A stretch of 64,000 nt of DNA, taken from NCBI GenBank assembly GCA_943704415.1, contig CALSCO010000122.1:1-64000 (forward strand), written 5' to 3'. Shown piece after piece: positions 1 through 15,976 of the stretch. The notes below the pieces were generated by a model. That model did not search any database, had not been told where the DNA came from, and worked only from the letters and a program-made list of their open reading frames with translations. Origin of the DNA: Parvularia atlantis. Taxonomy: Eukaryota. A program made the translations under genes and the position numbers. The first letter of the stretch is position 1; every line of letters begins with the position of its first letter.

Positions 1-447
1 AGGGCATGAGGTCGATTACCACCGGGGTAATCGCGGACCCGTCAGGGGCTGAAGACCAGCACCCCCGCGGAACGCAGATGCGCTTCCTCGCTGAGATCGA
101 CGCGATGGTGCGCCTGACCGTCGATCGGCTGCGAGCGAGCAGCGAGGACGACGATGCCCAGGTGCCGCGCGCCTGCCCGCCTGCTTGTGTGCGCGCCGGC
201 TCAAGGGCTGCGCCGCAGTACGTCGTCTGCGTCACAAGCGACCACAGCACACCGCTGTACCTGGGCGATCACAGCCACGAGCCGGTCGCGTTCGCTGCGT
301 GCACGATCGACGCGCTGTGGTCGCCCGCGCACCGCGACACGCCCGCGCGCGCGTTCGACGAGGTCACGGCCGCGGCGCGGGGCGACCTGGGCCGCTTCCC
401 GGGCAGCGAGGTTATGCTGCTGTTGCGCTCACTTGCAGTTGACACCT

Positions 448-3172
<2,725 letters not shown>

Positions 3173-3194
3173 GCAGAACGCACGATGTCTACAG

Positions 3195-6100
3195 CTACAC
3201 ATGCGCGGGTGCCGTGGTCGCGTCCATCGGCACGGGCGCGCTCGGCCCGCCCTCTGCTGCTTCGCCCTCATCGTCGCTCTCGTCCGACGGGTTCTCGGCG
3301 TCCCAGTGACACGCCTGGCACAGCACAGCGTCGCCCGCCTGCCCGCGGTGTTCAGCCACCGCCGCCCACACACCGCGCGCCAACGCACCTCGGCGGGCCA
3401 CCAGAACGGCGTGTAGTCGCTGCCGCACGACGAGCAGGTCGGGCCGCGCGGCCGCGCAGGGGCGGCCGGCGTGTCTGTCTCGGACCCGGGCAGGCCGTCC
3501 GACAGCGCGAGCAGCAGCCGCGCGTTGTTGGCCGCCGCAGTGTCAACATCGGCCGCGGACCCAGCCGGCCCGGGCTCGCCGTCGGCCTCGGAGGCGTCCG
3601 CTGCCGGCCCACCCGTTTGCGGCTGGGACGACGACTGCTGCTGCTGCTGCTGCGAGGAGGAAGACGACGCCTGCGCCTTCGCCACCGCTCAGCCTGCGGC
3701 GCCCCAGGCAGCAGCGCACGCACCACAGACGCCTGTCCACGCGAGGTCCGCGCGAAGGTCGCCTGGCCCGCGTGCGCTTGGTGCGGCGGCTTGGCAGGCC
3801 CGCCGCCCATGTGGCACCAGCACGTGTCGTAGAGCGTCATTGTTTGCGTTCGCAGCAGCGCCCCGCCCGCCGCGCCCTGCCGCTTGAACGCCTTGCAGAA
3901 GTTGCGCAGCAGCGACGACCGCGGCTCCTCGTACATCGGCAGGCGGTCCTGCGCGCGCGCGCCAGCCGCGGTGAGCCAACGCCTCATCCCAGCCCCGTCA
4001 GCGCACCGGCGCGTGGCGCTGGCAGAACGCGAGCAGCTTCGGCTGCTTGCCCTTGCCGCGTTCAAACGTCGGCGCCATCACCTGCCCGCGCGCGCGTGAG
4101 CTGACGCTCGCAGGCGCAACCGTCAGACACCCACCAAACCCTGCTGCTGCGCGCACGTCACGTGGAAGCCCTTGGAGCAGCTGCGGTCCGAGCACACGAG
4201 GCACGCGCCCGTCTGCTGGTTGCACAGGATGCACGTCTGCGCGCGGCAGGCACTCAACAGTCGGCCCCCAGCAGCACGCGCCGCAACGCACCGCCAGCCA
4301 CCGGTTGCGCGGCACTTTGCCGATGCACGTCACGGGCTCGAACCGCTCCACGTCGGCGAAGCGCGTCTCGTTCTGGCGCGACGCGGTCAGAGAGCGCGCA
4401 GCCGGAAGCGCGGGCGACGGGGGGCCGCGCACGTGGAACATCGCGCAGATGACGTGCACCCAGTTGTTCTCAAATGTGCGCTTCATTGCCCCACCGCTCG
4501 CCGGACAGAGCATGCACTTGTAGTTCTGCGCGCACGCACGACGGGTGAGCACGCACGCGCGCGCGCCCGTCAGGCCCGCGTGCGGCACACACCGTCGTGT
4601 ACTCGTGGCTGCGGTCGTTCTCGCACTTGGCGCACGTCCACGTGTCGCTCGCGACCTCGGGTGCGAGGCCGTAGCAGCCCTGGTGCACGAGCATCTTGCA
4701 CCCGGCGCACGCGACCACGTGGTTGTCCTCGGCCTCCTCGCCGTCGCCGCACACGGCGCAGATGTGCACGGGGCGCGTGTCGTGCTGCGCGGCGTGTCAA
4801 CGCGCCCGGCAGAAACACGCGCGGCCGTCGGCACGCACCAGCTTGACGACTTTCTTCTTTTTCTTCGGCGCCTCAAGCGGCGTGCCCTGCGACGCCAGCG
4901 CGCCGACCTCCTCTGCGCACGCAATGGGGTGTGAGCCACGGCAGCGAGCAGAGCGCACACGCGCACCCGTCCAGCCGTTGCGCTGCAGCTCGTCGTCGGC
5001 CACCGGGCGCATGTCCTGCGACCGGCGATCAGCACGCACAACGGGCAGCGCATAGCGGCGGGGCGGCACTGCACCCCGTATTTTTTCCAGTAGCGCAGGC
5101 AGTCGCCGCAGAGGTGCTCGCGCATCGGGCCGACCTTGCGCCCGCCCTCGCGCTCCACGTCAAAACGAATGCCGCAGTGGCGGCACCCGAGCGTGTGCTT
5201 CTTCGACGCGGCGGCCGACGCTGCCTTGCGCTTGCGGCCGGTGATGGCGGCGGCCTCGCCGGCGGCCTCCTGGCCCTCGTCCTCGTCCTCGCCCTCGCTG
5301 AGCGCGGACAGAGTGCGTGAGCAACAACGGCGCCAGACCGCGCCCCGTGCGCGCACCTCGCCGCGTCCGCCGCCTGCTTGCGCTCGGCCTTCCACTGCCG
5401 ATACTCGTTCGTCGTCTTCCAGTAGTAGAAGAACGACACCACCTGCTGGCGTGTCTTGGACGGCAGCTGCGCCGCCAGTGAGCTGGGCACACGCTTGGGA
5501 TGAGACCTCGACGCACCAGGTGCGAGATCTGCGCTGGGTCGCGCCCGCACGTCTCGATGCCACGCATGAACGTCTGCCGCTCGTCCGCCGACCAGCACGC
5601 GTGACCGCGGCAGTCGGCCAGGTCTGCCGCGACCGTCGGTATCAGCTCGCAGTGGCACGCGTACACGCGCTGGCAAAGCGTACCGGCGGCGATTGCGCGC
5701 ACGGGGTCGGCCTCGCGCAGCGCGCCGGTCCCGGGCATCAGGCCCTCCTGCGCATGCGAGGCGGCCTGCGCACAAGTGTCGGCGCACGCGCGCACACACG
5801 CGCAGACGCTGACGCACGTCCAGAAGCTGCAGCGCGCGCTGCGAGTCGTGTCCAGCGAGCGACAGCGCGTGCAGGGCCGTCTGCACGAGGCCGTCGCGTG
5901 CCGCGGGTGCTGACGCGATTGGCGTCTCTGCGGCGGCGCACGAGCGGTCAGCGCATGAGCAGCGCCAAGCGGTAGCGTGCACGTTCGCTAGCCGTCTCTG
6001 TGCCGTCGACGTCGACCGTCTCCTCGGTGCTGGACGGGCGCCGCGCCTTTGCCGCGTCCTTCTTGCCCTTGGTCATCTACCGCCGCCGGTCATCCGGGCG

Positions 6101-8008
6101 CTGCGCTCGCGCAAACACAGCCACACGCACCGCGAGCTGCCCGGCCCCGTTGGCGAGCGCTTTCTGCCAGGTTTCGATCAGCGCGGCGAGCTTGCCCAGC
6201 GCCGTCTGCAGGTAGCGCGAGACTGCGGGACGCATGAGCGAGCAGGGCCCCTGCAGCCGCACGCCGCGCCGCACCGTCCTCGCTCGACGACGCGCTGGCC
6301 TCGCCCGCGCCCGGTGGCATCCACACGGTCTGCTCGGGCACCTCCGGGTCGAAGACGCGGATGCTGCGGCTGCGCGGCTTGCCGGCCGAGTCTTTGTGCG
6401 CGCACTCGTTAGCCCACAGCGCGCACGCGTGCCAGCGGCTCGCCGCCGCACCGACACCGCCCTCGTCAGGCACGTCAATCTGGTACGCGCGCCCGAGACG
6501 GCTCCGCGCGTACGGGAAGATGAGCTCGTCGTCGGCCAGCGAGGCTGTGGCGTCAGGAGGGTGAGCCGCACCGACGACACGCGCGCCCACAGCGGCGGCG
6601 GACACACTGTCCTGCGCCTTGTCCTGCCAGTACAGGCCGAGGTAGCGGAACGGCCAGTCCTTGGCGAGCTCCTTCACGGCGTCGGACGGCTCGCGGACCT
6701 CTACGCAGCGGCGTTAGCCACGACGCATGCAGGGGTCGCGCGGCCGCGCACCGATCGACGCGTGCACCGCCAGCACGCCCTGCGGCGCCTCGTCACGGTC
6801 GTCCTCGAACGCAGCGGCATCCGCAGCAGCAGAAGCAGCAGGTGGCGCACTGCCGAGGCCGAGGGTCGAGTTTTGCGCCCGCCGCCGTGCATCCTCCTGC
6901 GCGAGCTTCTCGGCGCAGTCGCTGTGTGCGCAGTGTGAGCTCACCACAGCAGGCCCACGCGCGCACGGCCTGAGCGCACCGGCAGTTCCACACGTAGCCG
7001 CGCCCGGGCCGCTTGCGCAGGTCCGCGTCGAGGCACCCGAGGTGAAAGTGCGTCATACACGTGTAGCACGTGGCCGACTCGGCCGCGTTGGACCCAATCC
7101 AGCCCGTGCACACCTGCCGCACCTGTCAGAGATGCACATACACACGCGCGGCACTTGCCAGCCAACGCACCTTGCACACGCGCGACACCTCGGAAAAGTC
7201 GGTCGAGCGCCCGGACTCGCACAGGATGTACTTGAACGGGGCAACGGCGGCGCGCACGTGCGCCGGCAGGTGCTTGACCTCGACCGTCGGCACGACGTCG
7301 TAGATGGTGAAGGTGAAGCGGTCGTACAGCAGCCAGTAGTAGAAGTTGTCCTCGCCGGCGCGGTACGACTCAAGGTTGTCGATCTGCGGCGTGGCACGTG
7401 CTGAGCGCGGCGGCACGCGAGGCGAGGCAAGGGCAGGCGGAGCGCACCTCGAGGATGTACTTGACGGCGCAGTGGCCACGGAGCGACACGAGCGGGTTGA
7501 CGTCGGTGTGCATCGTCGCGAGGAGCAGGTGCGGGTCGAGGCTAGACGAGCTCTTGCCCTTGCGCCAGTGGTACTTTGGCACGTCCTTGGCACGGTAGAA
7601 CCACGCGACCTTGACCTGGGCGGGGGAGAAATGAGCAAAGAGGAGGCAAGCCACGCAAGGGTGGTGCGCGCGCTCACCAGGAAGGTCTCGCGCCCCTCTT
7701 GCTGCCGCTTCTCCATCGACGAGTACGCCTCGGACGGGTGCGCGACGGCCGCCGGCGACGAGTGCAGCTGCGGCACGAACGCGGCCGCGCCGCCGGCCGC
7801 CGCCAGCTCGGGCGCGTCGCTGCGCACCCGGAACTCCATCACGCGCCCAATGTAGTAGGCCTCGTTGGCCGACTCGAGGTAGACGTGGTCTGCGTGCGCG
7901 GCGGCGGTCAGCCTGTGCGCCTGTTCGCACGCCGCGCCCGCACGACGCACCGCCCACGTCGTACGTCACGCCGTCGACCACGGCGCGCCGGACGAGCGCC
8001 CACGCCAT
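3195..8008 (-). CDS. Large chromatin protein with BAH, PHD, ELM2/SANT, GATA-like Zn finger, PHD and extended-PHD domains (Snt2/RERE-like)
   Basis: BAH (DHVYLESANEAYYIGRVMEF, VAWFYRAKD, SLRGHCAVK, DNFYYWLLYDRF). PHD (CKVC..CQVC..CYTCMTHFHLGCLD). WPFRYLG motif. SANT (QQVVSFFYYWKTT). Second PHD (CAVCGD...CAGCKMLVHQGCYG). ePHD (CMLCP..GGAMKRT..WVHVICA). Confidence 0.8.
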
Positions 8009-8051
8009 GGGCGCTGCAGTAGCTACCCTACCGTTGCGAATTGAAGGAGAT

Positions 8052-9060
8052 ATGCTGTGCGTGCGGCATCTGTCGACCGAGGGCCGCTCGGCATCGTGCG
8101 CACGGCGCCCCCTTCGACATCGACAGCGTGCCCTCACGCACGCGCAGGTCCAAGCGATGGCTGCAGCGCCAGAACCGCGACCCGTTCGTGCGGCAGGCGC
8201 GCGCCGAGCAGCTGCGCAGCCGCGCCGCGTTCAAGCTGCGCGAGATGGACGACCGGCTGCAGTTCCTGCGGCCGGGCGGCGTGGTCGTGCGTGGCGCGTC
8301 GCGCCTGCGCGGGCCGTCGTCTCGAGCGCGGGCGCTGCGCGGCAGGTCGACCTGGGCGCCGCGCCGGGCGGGTGGACGCAGATCGCCGTCAGCCGCGTCG
8401 CGCTAAACGCGCGGCGAGCCGATGCCGGCGTCGTGCTCGGGATAGACCTGCTGCGTGCGTCGTCCGCATCGGCCGAGGCGTGCACGCGCGCGCTCACCGG
8501 GAGGCGGCGCAGCGGTTGAGCCGATCGCCGGTGCGCGCCTGCTACAGGCGGACCTGACGGACGCGCGGTGCGTGGACGCGATCCGTGCGGCGCTGCTCCC
8601 GCGCACGCACGCGACCGTCGTGCTGAGGTGCGGCGTGGCGGGTGCGACGTTGTGCGCGAGGGGCTGATGCGCGGCAACGCAGCGACATGGCGCCGTCGTT
8701 CTCGGGCGAGCGCATCGTCGACGACGCGCGGCAGCTGGCACGCATGTGTGCGCGCCGCCGGACCGCGCTGACGTGCGCCGCACAGGCGCTCAACCGCGCC
8801 GCGCTCGACATCGCCACGCGCCTGCTGCGCCCCGGCAGCGGCACGCTCGTGATGAAGATGCTGCAGGGCGAGGACGCGCTCGGTGCGGCGGCCCTGGCCG
8901 CCTCGGGTGGCGATTCGCGCTCACACGTCGCGCACGCCCAGAGATGCTCGGCGAGCTGCGCACCGTCTTCGCGAGCGTGCGCCGTGTCAAGCCCGCGGCG
9001 TCGCGCAGTGAGAGCCGCGAAGAGTACGCCGTCTGTGCAGACATCCAAAGTCAACGGTGA
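8052..9060 (+). CDS. MRM2: FtsJ/RlmE-family rRNA 2'-O-methyltransferase, mitochondrial MRM2-like
   Basis: SKRWLQRQNRDPFVRQA..LRSRAAFKLREMD, DLGAAPGGWTQ, SDMAP, GTLVMKM, VKPAASRSESREEY; stop at 9058-9060. Confidence 0.9.
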
Positions 9061-9069
9061 CGCACACCC

Positions 9070-10979
9070 ATGCCGTTCGAGGCGTCGGTCAGCGCCGCGG
9101 TCGAGCGCGTTCGCGTCGAGGGCCGCGTCTTGCTCGTCCTGCTCAGCGGTGCGCGCGCGCGCGGGCCGACCGCACGCGTCCAGCAGCGGAAGCTCACCGC
9201 TTTTGCACGCGCGCGCGCGCGCGCGCGCAGACGGCTCTGCGGACGCCGAGCAGTTTGACGCGCTGTTTGCGGACGACGAGGCGTGTGCGCGGCGCGGCAC
9301 TCGAGCGCGAACGGCTGACGTGTGCGCGCCGTGCAGGTCGCGCGCGTTGTCGTTGAGCGCTTCGTGGCCGTGCGCCTCGTGCGCGGCTCGGTCGAGGCCG
9401 GCTACTTTGAGCAGATGAGTGCGTGACGCCGCTGGCCGGCACGAGCTACGCCCGCTTACTTGTTACGCGCAACTTCGGCAGAACCGCAGGCGCGCTACCC
9501 GTCGCTGTGCGCCATCCACGGGGCGCTCGACCTGCAGGAGCTGGCCACGCCGCCGCGCGACGCCCAGGCGCTGCTCGCGCACCTGAACGGTCTGCTCGCG
9601 CGCGTGCCCGCCCAGCCTGTGCCTGCGTCAGCACCTGCGGCGCCACCTGCAGCGCCCGCGTCGCCGTCTTCCGCTGCGGCGACGGCAGCGCCTGCCGCGC
9701 GCGCAAACGAGGACCTGCAGGAGCGGCTGCGCATGTGCGTCGCGGTCCCATGGGGCGTCGGATGTGCGCTGACGGCACGCAAACGTCAAGCGCGCGCGAG
9801 CGCCTGGCGCAGGCGAACCGCGAGCGCGAGCAGCGGCGCCTGGCGGAGGAAGTGGTGCGTTCTGGTCGTCATCCCCGCGCGTTGCCGTGCAGCTGATGGG
9901 ACGGCGTCGGCGTGACGAAGGAGCGCGAGAAAGCCCGGCGCCAGGAGGGCAAGGCGCTGCTGAGTACGGTCAAGGAGCAGGAGGAGGCGCACCGGCGCAA
10001 GGCGATCGAGGAGCGTCGGCGCAAGCAGGTGTGCGCGTGCAGACGGCGCGCAACCCGCTGACAGCGCGGCGCAGGCCGAGGAGGAGGAGCACCGCCGGCT
10101 CGTGAAGCAGCAGATCGAGGACGACAAGGCAGAGCGGTGCGTGCGGCCGCCGCCCTCGTGCGCCGCGTCTCTCATCGCGCGCGGACAGGCGTGCGCGGCG
10201 TGAGCGTGAGCAGCAGGGCCTGCCGCTCGGGTCGGCGGCGGATGCGGCCGAGAGCGCTTCGTCGGCCTCGGCCAGCGGCGGCGACCGCGTCGGGCTGTCG
10301 ATCCGGCTGCTGGACGGGTCGACGCTGAAGGAGACGTTTGCGGCCCACGACTCGCTGGCCAGCGTGCGCGCGTTCCTGGACCAGGTGTGCCGGTGCATCG
10401 TTTGTGCCGCGCAGCTCACCCGCCCGCACGGGGCGCTCAGCATCTCGTGGACCAACGCATAGGCCAGTACGCGATCGCGCGCCTCCTGCCGACGCACGTC
10501 TTTACCGCCGATGAGGAGCAGCAGTCGCTCGGCGCGCTCGGCCTCGCGCCGTCCGCCTCGCTCGTCATCAAGGCGCGCGACCGGACTGTGGCGCGCGCGC
10601 AGCTCAGTGGCGGCGTCGCGTTCGCGTGGAACAGCCCGAGCACGTGGTGCGCGGTGACGCCCCGCGCTGGCCTGCCCGCTCACTCTGTGGCTGCAGGCAC
10701 ATCTGGCTGCTCTCGCTCCTGACGTGGCTGTGGGCCAAGGTCTACGACGCCTTCCGCTTCGTGTACGACCCGCCCGCGCCACCCGGCGCCGCCGCTTCGG
10801 CGCCCGCTCCGCCCGGCACAACCACGGCCACGCGCTCGCAGGCCCCGGCCAAGCCCGACACCGGCAGCTCGTCCGACGTGCGCACGCTGCACCAGCGGCG
10901 CGGCAAGGAGCCCGCGCGGTTCTACAACGGCAACTCGACCGAGTACGGTGGCGATGAGGCCGACAGCGATGCACAGTGA
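9070..10979 (+). CDS. UBXN4: UBX-domain protein, UBXN4/erasin-like
   Basis: N-terminus MPFEASVSAAV..VLLVLL, coiled coil (KQQIEDDKAER), UBX domain (LSIRLLDGSTLKETF...LGLAPSASLVI), hydrophobic segment, C-terminal FYNGNSTEY motif. Confidence 0.8.
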
Positions 10980-10994
10980 GCGTGTCAATCCTGT

Positions 10995-11688
10995 CTATGT
11001 CGACAACGACACCACGCCGAGGCTGCACGGCCGTGTCAGCAGCGCGCTTGCAGACGAACCGGTGCGCCGCACCTCACCAGGCGTAGCTCGAACGGCCCGG
11101 CCTGCCGCGCGATGGTGAACCCCACGGCGTCGACACGCGCCGCGTCAAACGTGTACTCGGGCGCCGGCCGCCCCTTGAAGTGCGGCTGCAGCGCGCTCAG
11201 CGGCACCCGTAGCACCTCGCGCTCGCCTGCTCGCGGCGTGAGCGGGCACTGGTACAGGCAGCGCTGTCCGGCCACGCGCAGATTGAGCTTGTAGCTCTGG
11301 TGCCATCGGCGCTGAGCCAGTCGCGCCGATCCCTGCGCAGGCCGCGCACCTTGCCGTCGCCGACGCAGCACAGCGTCAGCGCCTCGGCCGTCGTCAGGTC
11401 GAGCGCGCACGCCGCCCGCACGGAACAGAAGCCGCCGCCGTTGTCGAAGCTGACCGTGCCGCGGAATGTCCACGCGCCATCAATGGTGCGCACGGCCTGC
11501 GTCGCCGCCGTTCAGCCGCAACGCGCGTCTACCGCTCGCGTGCGGCACGTCCCTCGCTGCGTGACACACCGCCCATCACCGGGTCGTCCACCTGGGCGGC
11601 CAGGCGGACTCAGCCCACGCCCGCCGACCCGTGCACCTCGCACCGGCACAAACTCGAGCGATGGCAGCAGCTCGCGTGTGTCCTCCAT
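10995..11688 (-). CDS. CIA30 (complex I intermediate-associated / NDUFAF1-like) domain protein
   Basis: FRGTVSFDNGGGFCSVR, VGDGK|SYKLNL, LRVPLSALQPHFKGR, GFTIARQAGPFELRL; the last spliced exon ends LVSLGVVSLST*. Confidence 0.8.
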
Positions 11689-11725
11689 CGCGCGACAAAA
11701 AACACACAAAACTGCCCCCCCCCCG

Positions 11726-12784
11726 TCACTGCGGCAGGAACGGCACGAGCACGGGCACGCGCGCCAGGTACGCGCAGTACTTGGGATCCTTGCCGTACTT
11801 TTCCAGCGCGGGCTTCTCGAGCAAAGGCACCTGCGCAGACAGCGTGAGCAGACGCACGCAGCCGTGTTGGTGCAGCACGCACGCCGCTCAGGTAACGCAG
11901 CTGGTAGGCGATCCACACGGGCGAGATGGCCGCGAAGAGCGCGTAAGGGCCCGAAAGGCCGCTCAGGCAGCTCACAAAGACGCCCGTCCACAGCACAATG
12001 TCGCCAAAGTAGTTTGGGTGCCGGCTGTACGCCCACAGGCCTGTCTCGATCCACTTGTCCTTGTTGCCCGGCTGCGACTTGAACACGTTCTTCTGGTAGT
12101 CGGCCAGCGCCTCGATCACAAAGCCGGCGGCCCACAGCGCCCAGCCTGCGGCGCCGTGTCAAGGGAGCCTCGCACGCTTCCAAGCCGCGCGCGTGAGCAC
12201 ACCAACGACGTCCACCACGGTCGTCTCGCGCGGCCCGCCGTCGCCGGCGTTGAGCAGCATCACGGGCAGCATGCACAGGAACACCCACAGGCCCTGCGCA
12301 CACGCCCGCACGGTCAAGGCGCGTGCACCGCGACGCACACACAAACGCCGCGCACCTGGACCGTCCAGTAGATCCAGAAGCGCACAAAGTTCGGGATGAC
12401 GTGCCGGAAGCGCTTGTCCTCGCCCTCTGAGCGAGCTCGCGTGTGTCAGCACCGCCGTTGCAATGAGACCAGCTAAACACACCCTTCAGCACGCGCCGCA
12501 GCAGGTACAAGCCCAGGCGCGCGGCCCACACGATCACCATGCCCGCTGCGGCCGTCTGCCGCAGCGTCAGCGGCTGCACGCCCTGCACAGCGCTGTCAGC
12601 ACGCGACGGCGACACCGCGCAAACGGACCGACTGCAACGGCAGCAAAATCGACAGCAGCACAAACGTCAGGCTGCCCGTCAGATCGTAGAACTTCTCGGT
12701 CTGCAGCGCGTACGCGAAGCCGAACGCGGTCCACTGGATCGCCCAGTCCACGGCCGCGGCGAGACCGAGCGTCGGGCCGAACAT
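11726..12784 (-). CDS. DUF1295 / steroid 5-alpha-reductase-like membrane protein
   Basis: QTEKFYDLTGSLTF, WAARLGLYLLRRV, DKRF, EALADYQK..FK, WIETGLWAYSRHPNYFGDI, and VPVLVPF near the C-terminus. Confidence 0.88.
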
Positions 12785-12845
12785 TGCGACGCAAATCGAT
12801 CGGCTGACGTTCGAAGTCAGTGTCGATCTGTCACCCACCCGGCGC

Positions 12846-15132
12846 ATGGTCCTCGCGCTGGCGGCGGCCGGCCCGACGTGGGTGCTGGTGGTCGCGTTCG
12901 TGGTCGCGTTTGCGCTGTCGTTCGGCATCGGCGCCAACGATGTGGCCAATTCGGTGCGCGGCGCCGCGATTGCGCTCGCACCTTCACTTGATGCTGCGGG
13001 CGCGACGCAGTTTGCGACGGCCGTGGGCTCGCGCACGATGACCGTGTTCCAGGCGTGCGTGTGCGCGACGTTTGCCGAGTTTGCGGGCGCGGTGCTGCTG
13101 GGCGGGCAGGTGGCGGTGACGATTCAGAACGTGCGTGGCATCGGGTGAAGGCGATGGGCGCGCGGTGACCGGGACGCGGCGCAGAGCATCGTGCAGGGCG
13201 GCCAGTACGAGGATGAGCCGCAGACGCTGATGCTCGGGATGACGACGACGCTGCTGAGCACGGCCCTGTGGCTCGTGGTGGCGACGTACTTCAAGCTGCC
13301 CGTGTCGGCGACGCACGCGACCGGTGTGCGTTCGGTGTGCAACGCGACCGTTCTGAGCCCCGTGCGCAGTGGCGGGCATCGTCGGCTTCACGCTCGTGGC
13401 CAAGGTGCGTCGCCGCCGCCGGGCTGAGGCGCTGATGGCTGGTGCGCGCAGGGCCCCGCGAGCGTCAACTGGTGGGAGCTCGGCCGCATTACGCTGTCGT
13501 GGGTGGTGTCGCCGGTGCTGGCGGGCCTGATGAGCGTGGGCGTGTTTGTGGCCGTGAGCTGGGCAGTGCTCAAGCGGGTGCGCTTGTCGAGCGGACGAGC
13601 CGTCGTTGCTGACCGCGGCGTGCAGGTGCACCCGTTCGAGGCCGGCCTCGGCGCGATCCCGTGGATCTACGGCATGACGGTGGGCCTGAACGTCTTCCCT
13701 GTGACACAGCAGGTCATGGCCGCCGTGGGCGAGGTGCACCCGTACCTGAGCAGCGAGCTGTGCGATGACGTGGGCGTGTGCCTGACGACGTGGCTGAGCA
13801 CGGTTGTGGCGTTTGCCGTCGGGCTCGTCTTTGGCGTCCTTGCCGCGACCGTCGTGGCCTGGGTGCGTCATGCTCGATCGGCGTGGGTGTGCTCACTCGC
13901 GGGCGCCCGGTGCAGGTGGTGGTGCCGCGGACACGCGCGTACGTCACCGAGCAGGAGATCTTCTCGCACGATGACCAGATTGATCTGCTGCCCGTCTCGT
14001 TCCTGCCGACGCCGTCGCGTGACGAGGTCACGAGTGAGCAGACGGCGCGTGCGTTGCAAGGGCCGGCCGAGGACGACGGCGATGCGGCAAACGGAAGCGA
14101 GGTTGCACCCGAGACGCCGCCCGTCAAAGCCGCAGAGCCGCACCAGACGTACGAGGGCGACCACAGCCATACCGGGCACGACAGGCAGATGGCGGTCGGC
14201 GAAGACGAGACCGCACACGAGTCCGGAGGGGCGGCTCTGGAGGACGACGACGCGCGGCTCATCGAGGACGACAGCGACGACGCGGCCGCAAGCAGGTCGC
14301 CTGGTGGCTGGCTGCGGCGGTGCCTGCCGCGGCCGCCGCGCTCGCGGCAGCAGCACGTGCGTCGTGCAACGCGTGCGTGGCCGCCCCAAACGCTCACGCC
14401 CTGTCGCGGCCGCATAGGACGTCGTGTCGGCGACGAGCGATGCCGAGGCCGCGCAGACGGAGAAGCTGTTCACGTACCTTCAGGCGCGTTGGCGTGCGTG
14501 CCGCCTGCGCAAGATTGCCGCTGACAGCTCACGGCAGGTGCTGACGGCGGTGTTTGGCTCGTTCGTGCACGGCTCGAACGACGTGAGCAATGCGATCGGC
14601 CCGCTAGCCCTGGTGCTGTCTATCTGGCAGACGGTGCATCGCGCGTGGGCCAGGCCGCACCGCTCCTAACGCCGGCTCAGGGCGAGGTAGTCGCACAGGA
14701 CGCGATCCCGCTCTGGGTGCTGGCGTACGGCGGCCTGGGCATCGTGATCGGGCTGGCGGTGTGGGGCTGGCGCGTGATCGAGACGCTCGGCAACGATCTG
14801 ACAGCGCTGACGCCGTCGAGGTGTGCAGCGCTTTGGCGGCACCGTTGCCGCACGGCCGCTGATCGGACGCGCGGCCGCGCGCCAGGGGCTTCTCGATCGA
14901 GTTTGGCTCGGCGCTGACGGTGCTGCTGGCGTCGCGCGTGGGCGTGCCCGTGAGCACGACGCAGACCAAGGTCGGGGCCGTCGTCGCCGTGGGCTACTGG
15001 TCTAACGACGGCGCCGTGTCGTGGCGTCTGTTTGGCGGGATAGCGGCGACGTGGGCCGCGACGATCCCCGTGGCCGCGGTGCTCTCCGCGGTCTTGTTTG
15101 CCAGCCTGCGTGGGACGCTTCCCGCTGCGTAA
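12846..15132 (+). CDS. PiT/PHO4-family (SLC20/Pho89-like) sodium-phosphate symporter
   Basis: [69 protein letters not shown]; central acidic loop. Confidence 0.93.
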
Positions 15133-15141
15133 ACAATCATA

Positions 15142-15817
15142 TCAACTGCCCTGCCCCAGGTCTGCCGCGGAGAAGCCCTTCTTGAGGTTGCGCTGGACAA
15201 ACGCCTCGTGATTCCTGAGCACGCGCGCGATCAGGTCGCTGGTCGAGATGCCCTCAGTGCTGGCGCGCGTCGCGGTCGTGAGCGGGGACGTACAGGGGCG
15301 CAGCGCGCAGCACGGCGCACCGCTGCGTCGGCAGGAACCTGCCCTGGCGCTTGACAAAGGCGTACACGTCCTCGTGCCCGGCGGCCGGGTACGGGTCGTC
15401 GTCGTGCGCGACGTAGTCGATGCGGTGCTTGTCGAGGAAGGCCTTGTGCGTGCGCATGTCAGCGGCAGACGGCGCGCCGCGGCCGTCGCGCGCCACCTGT
15501 TCGATGACCCACGGCGCATCCTCCACGACCTCGTCGACCCAGCGGCAGTGCCGGACCGAGTCGTAGCGCTCGCGCTCGGTCATGACCGTCGGGCCCTTGT
15601 GCTTGTGCGTGAGCGCGTCGCCGCACACGCCGACGAGCAGGTGCGTGTTGGGGAACTTCTTCTTGGCCTGCTCGAGCATGCGGTAGTGCCCGAGGTGGAA
15701 CAGGTCAAACACGCCGTCGCAGTACACGCGCACGGGCGCCGTCCCGTCGGCCTGCGCGGGGGGGCGACACGCGCGGTGAGCAGCCGGCCCTGCACCGAGT
15801 GTGTGACGCACCGCCAT
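15142..15817 (-). CDS. PCYT1: Choline-phosphate cytidylyltransferase (CCT/PCYT1-like), catalytic domain only
   Basis: [16 protein letters not shown] (HxGH motif), [49 protein letters not shown]; stop follows immediately. Confidence 0.9.
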
Positions 15818-15952
15818 GCTAAGATACGGCCTCTTTGCGATAACTGAAAAGGTGCGGCTTCCGCCCCGCAAGCCCACTCGCGCCCGCGCAACGCCTCGCC
15901 CTGCCACCCGCACGCCGCCGCCCGCACGCCCGCGCACACGCGCCGCACGCGC

Positions 15953-15976
15953 ATGGATGGATGGATGGATGGATGG
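15953..15976 (+). repeat. (ATGG)6 tetranucleotide repeat in the putative RPL30 5'UTR intron
   Basis: Directly visible: atggatggatggatggatggatgg. Confidence 0.9.

Noticed and set aside
411..438. 28-nt intron fusing iPGM to WDR77 as the primary model
   Set aside because: Half the usual intron length, branch point only 6 nt from the AG, and it would remove conserved-looking EVMLLL; kept only as an alternative.
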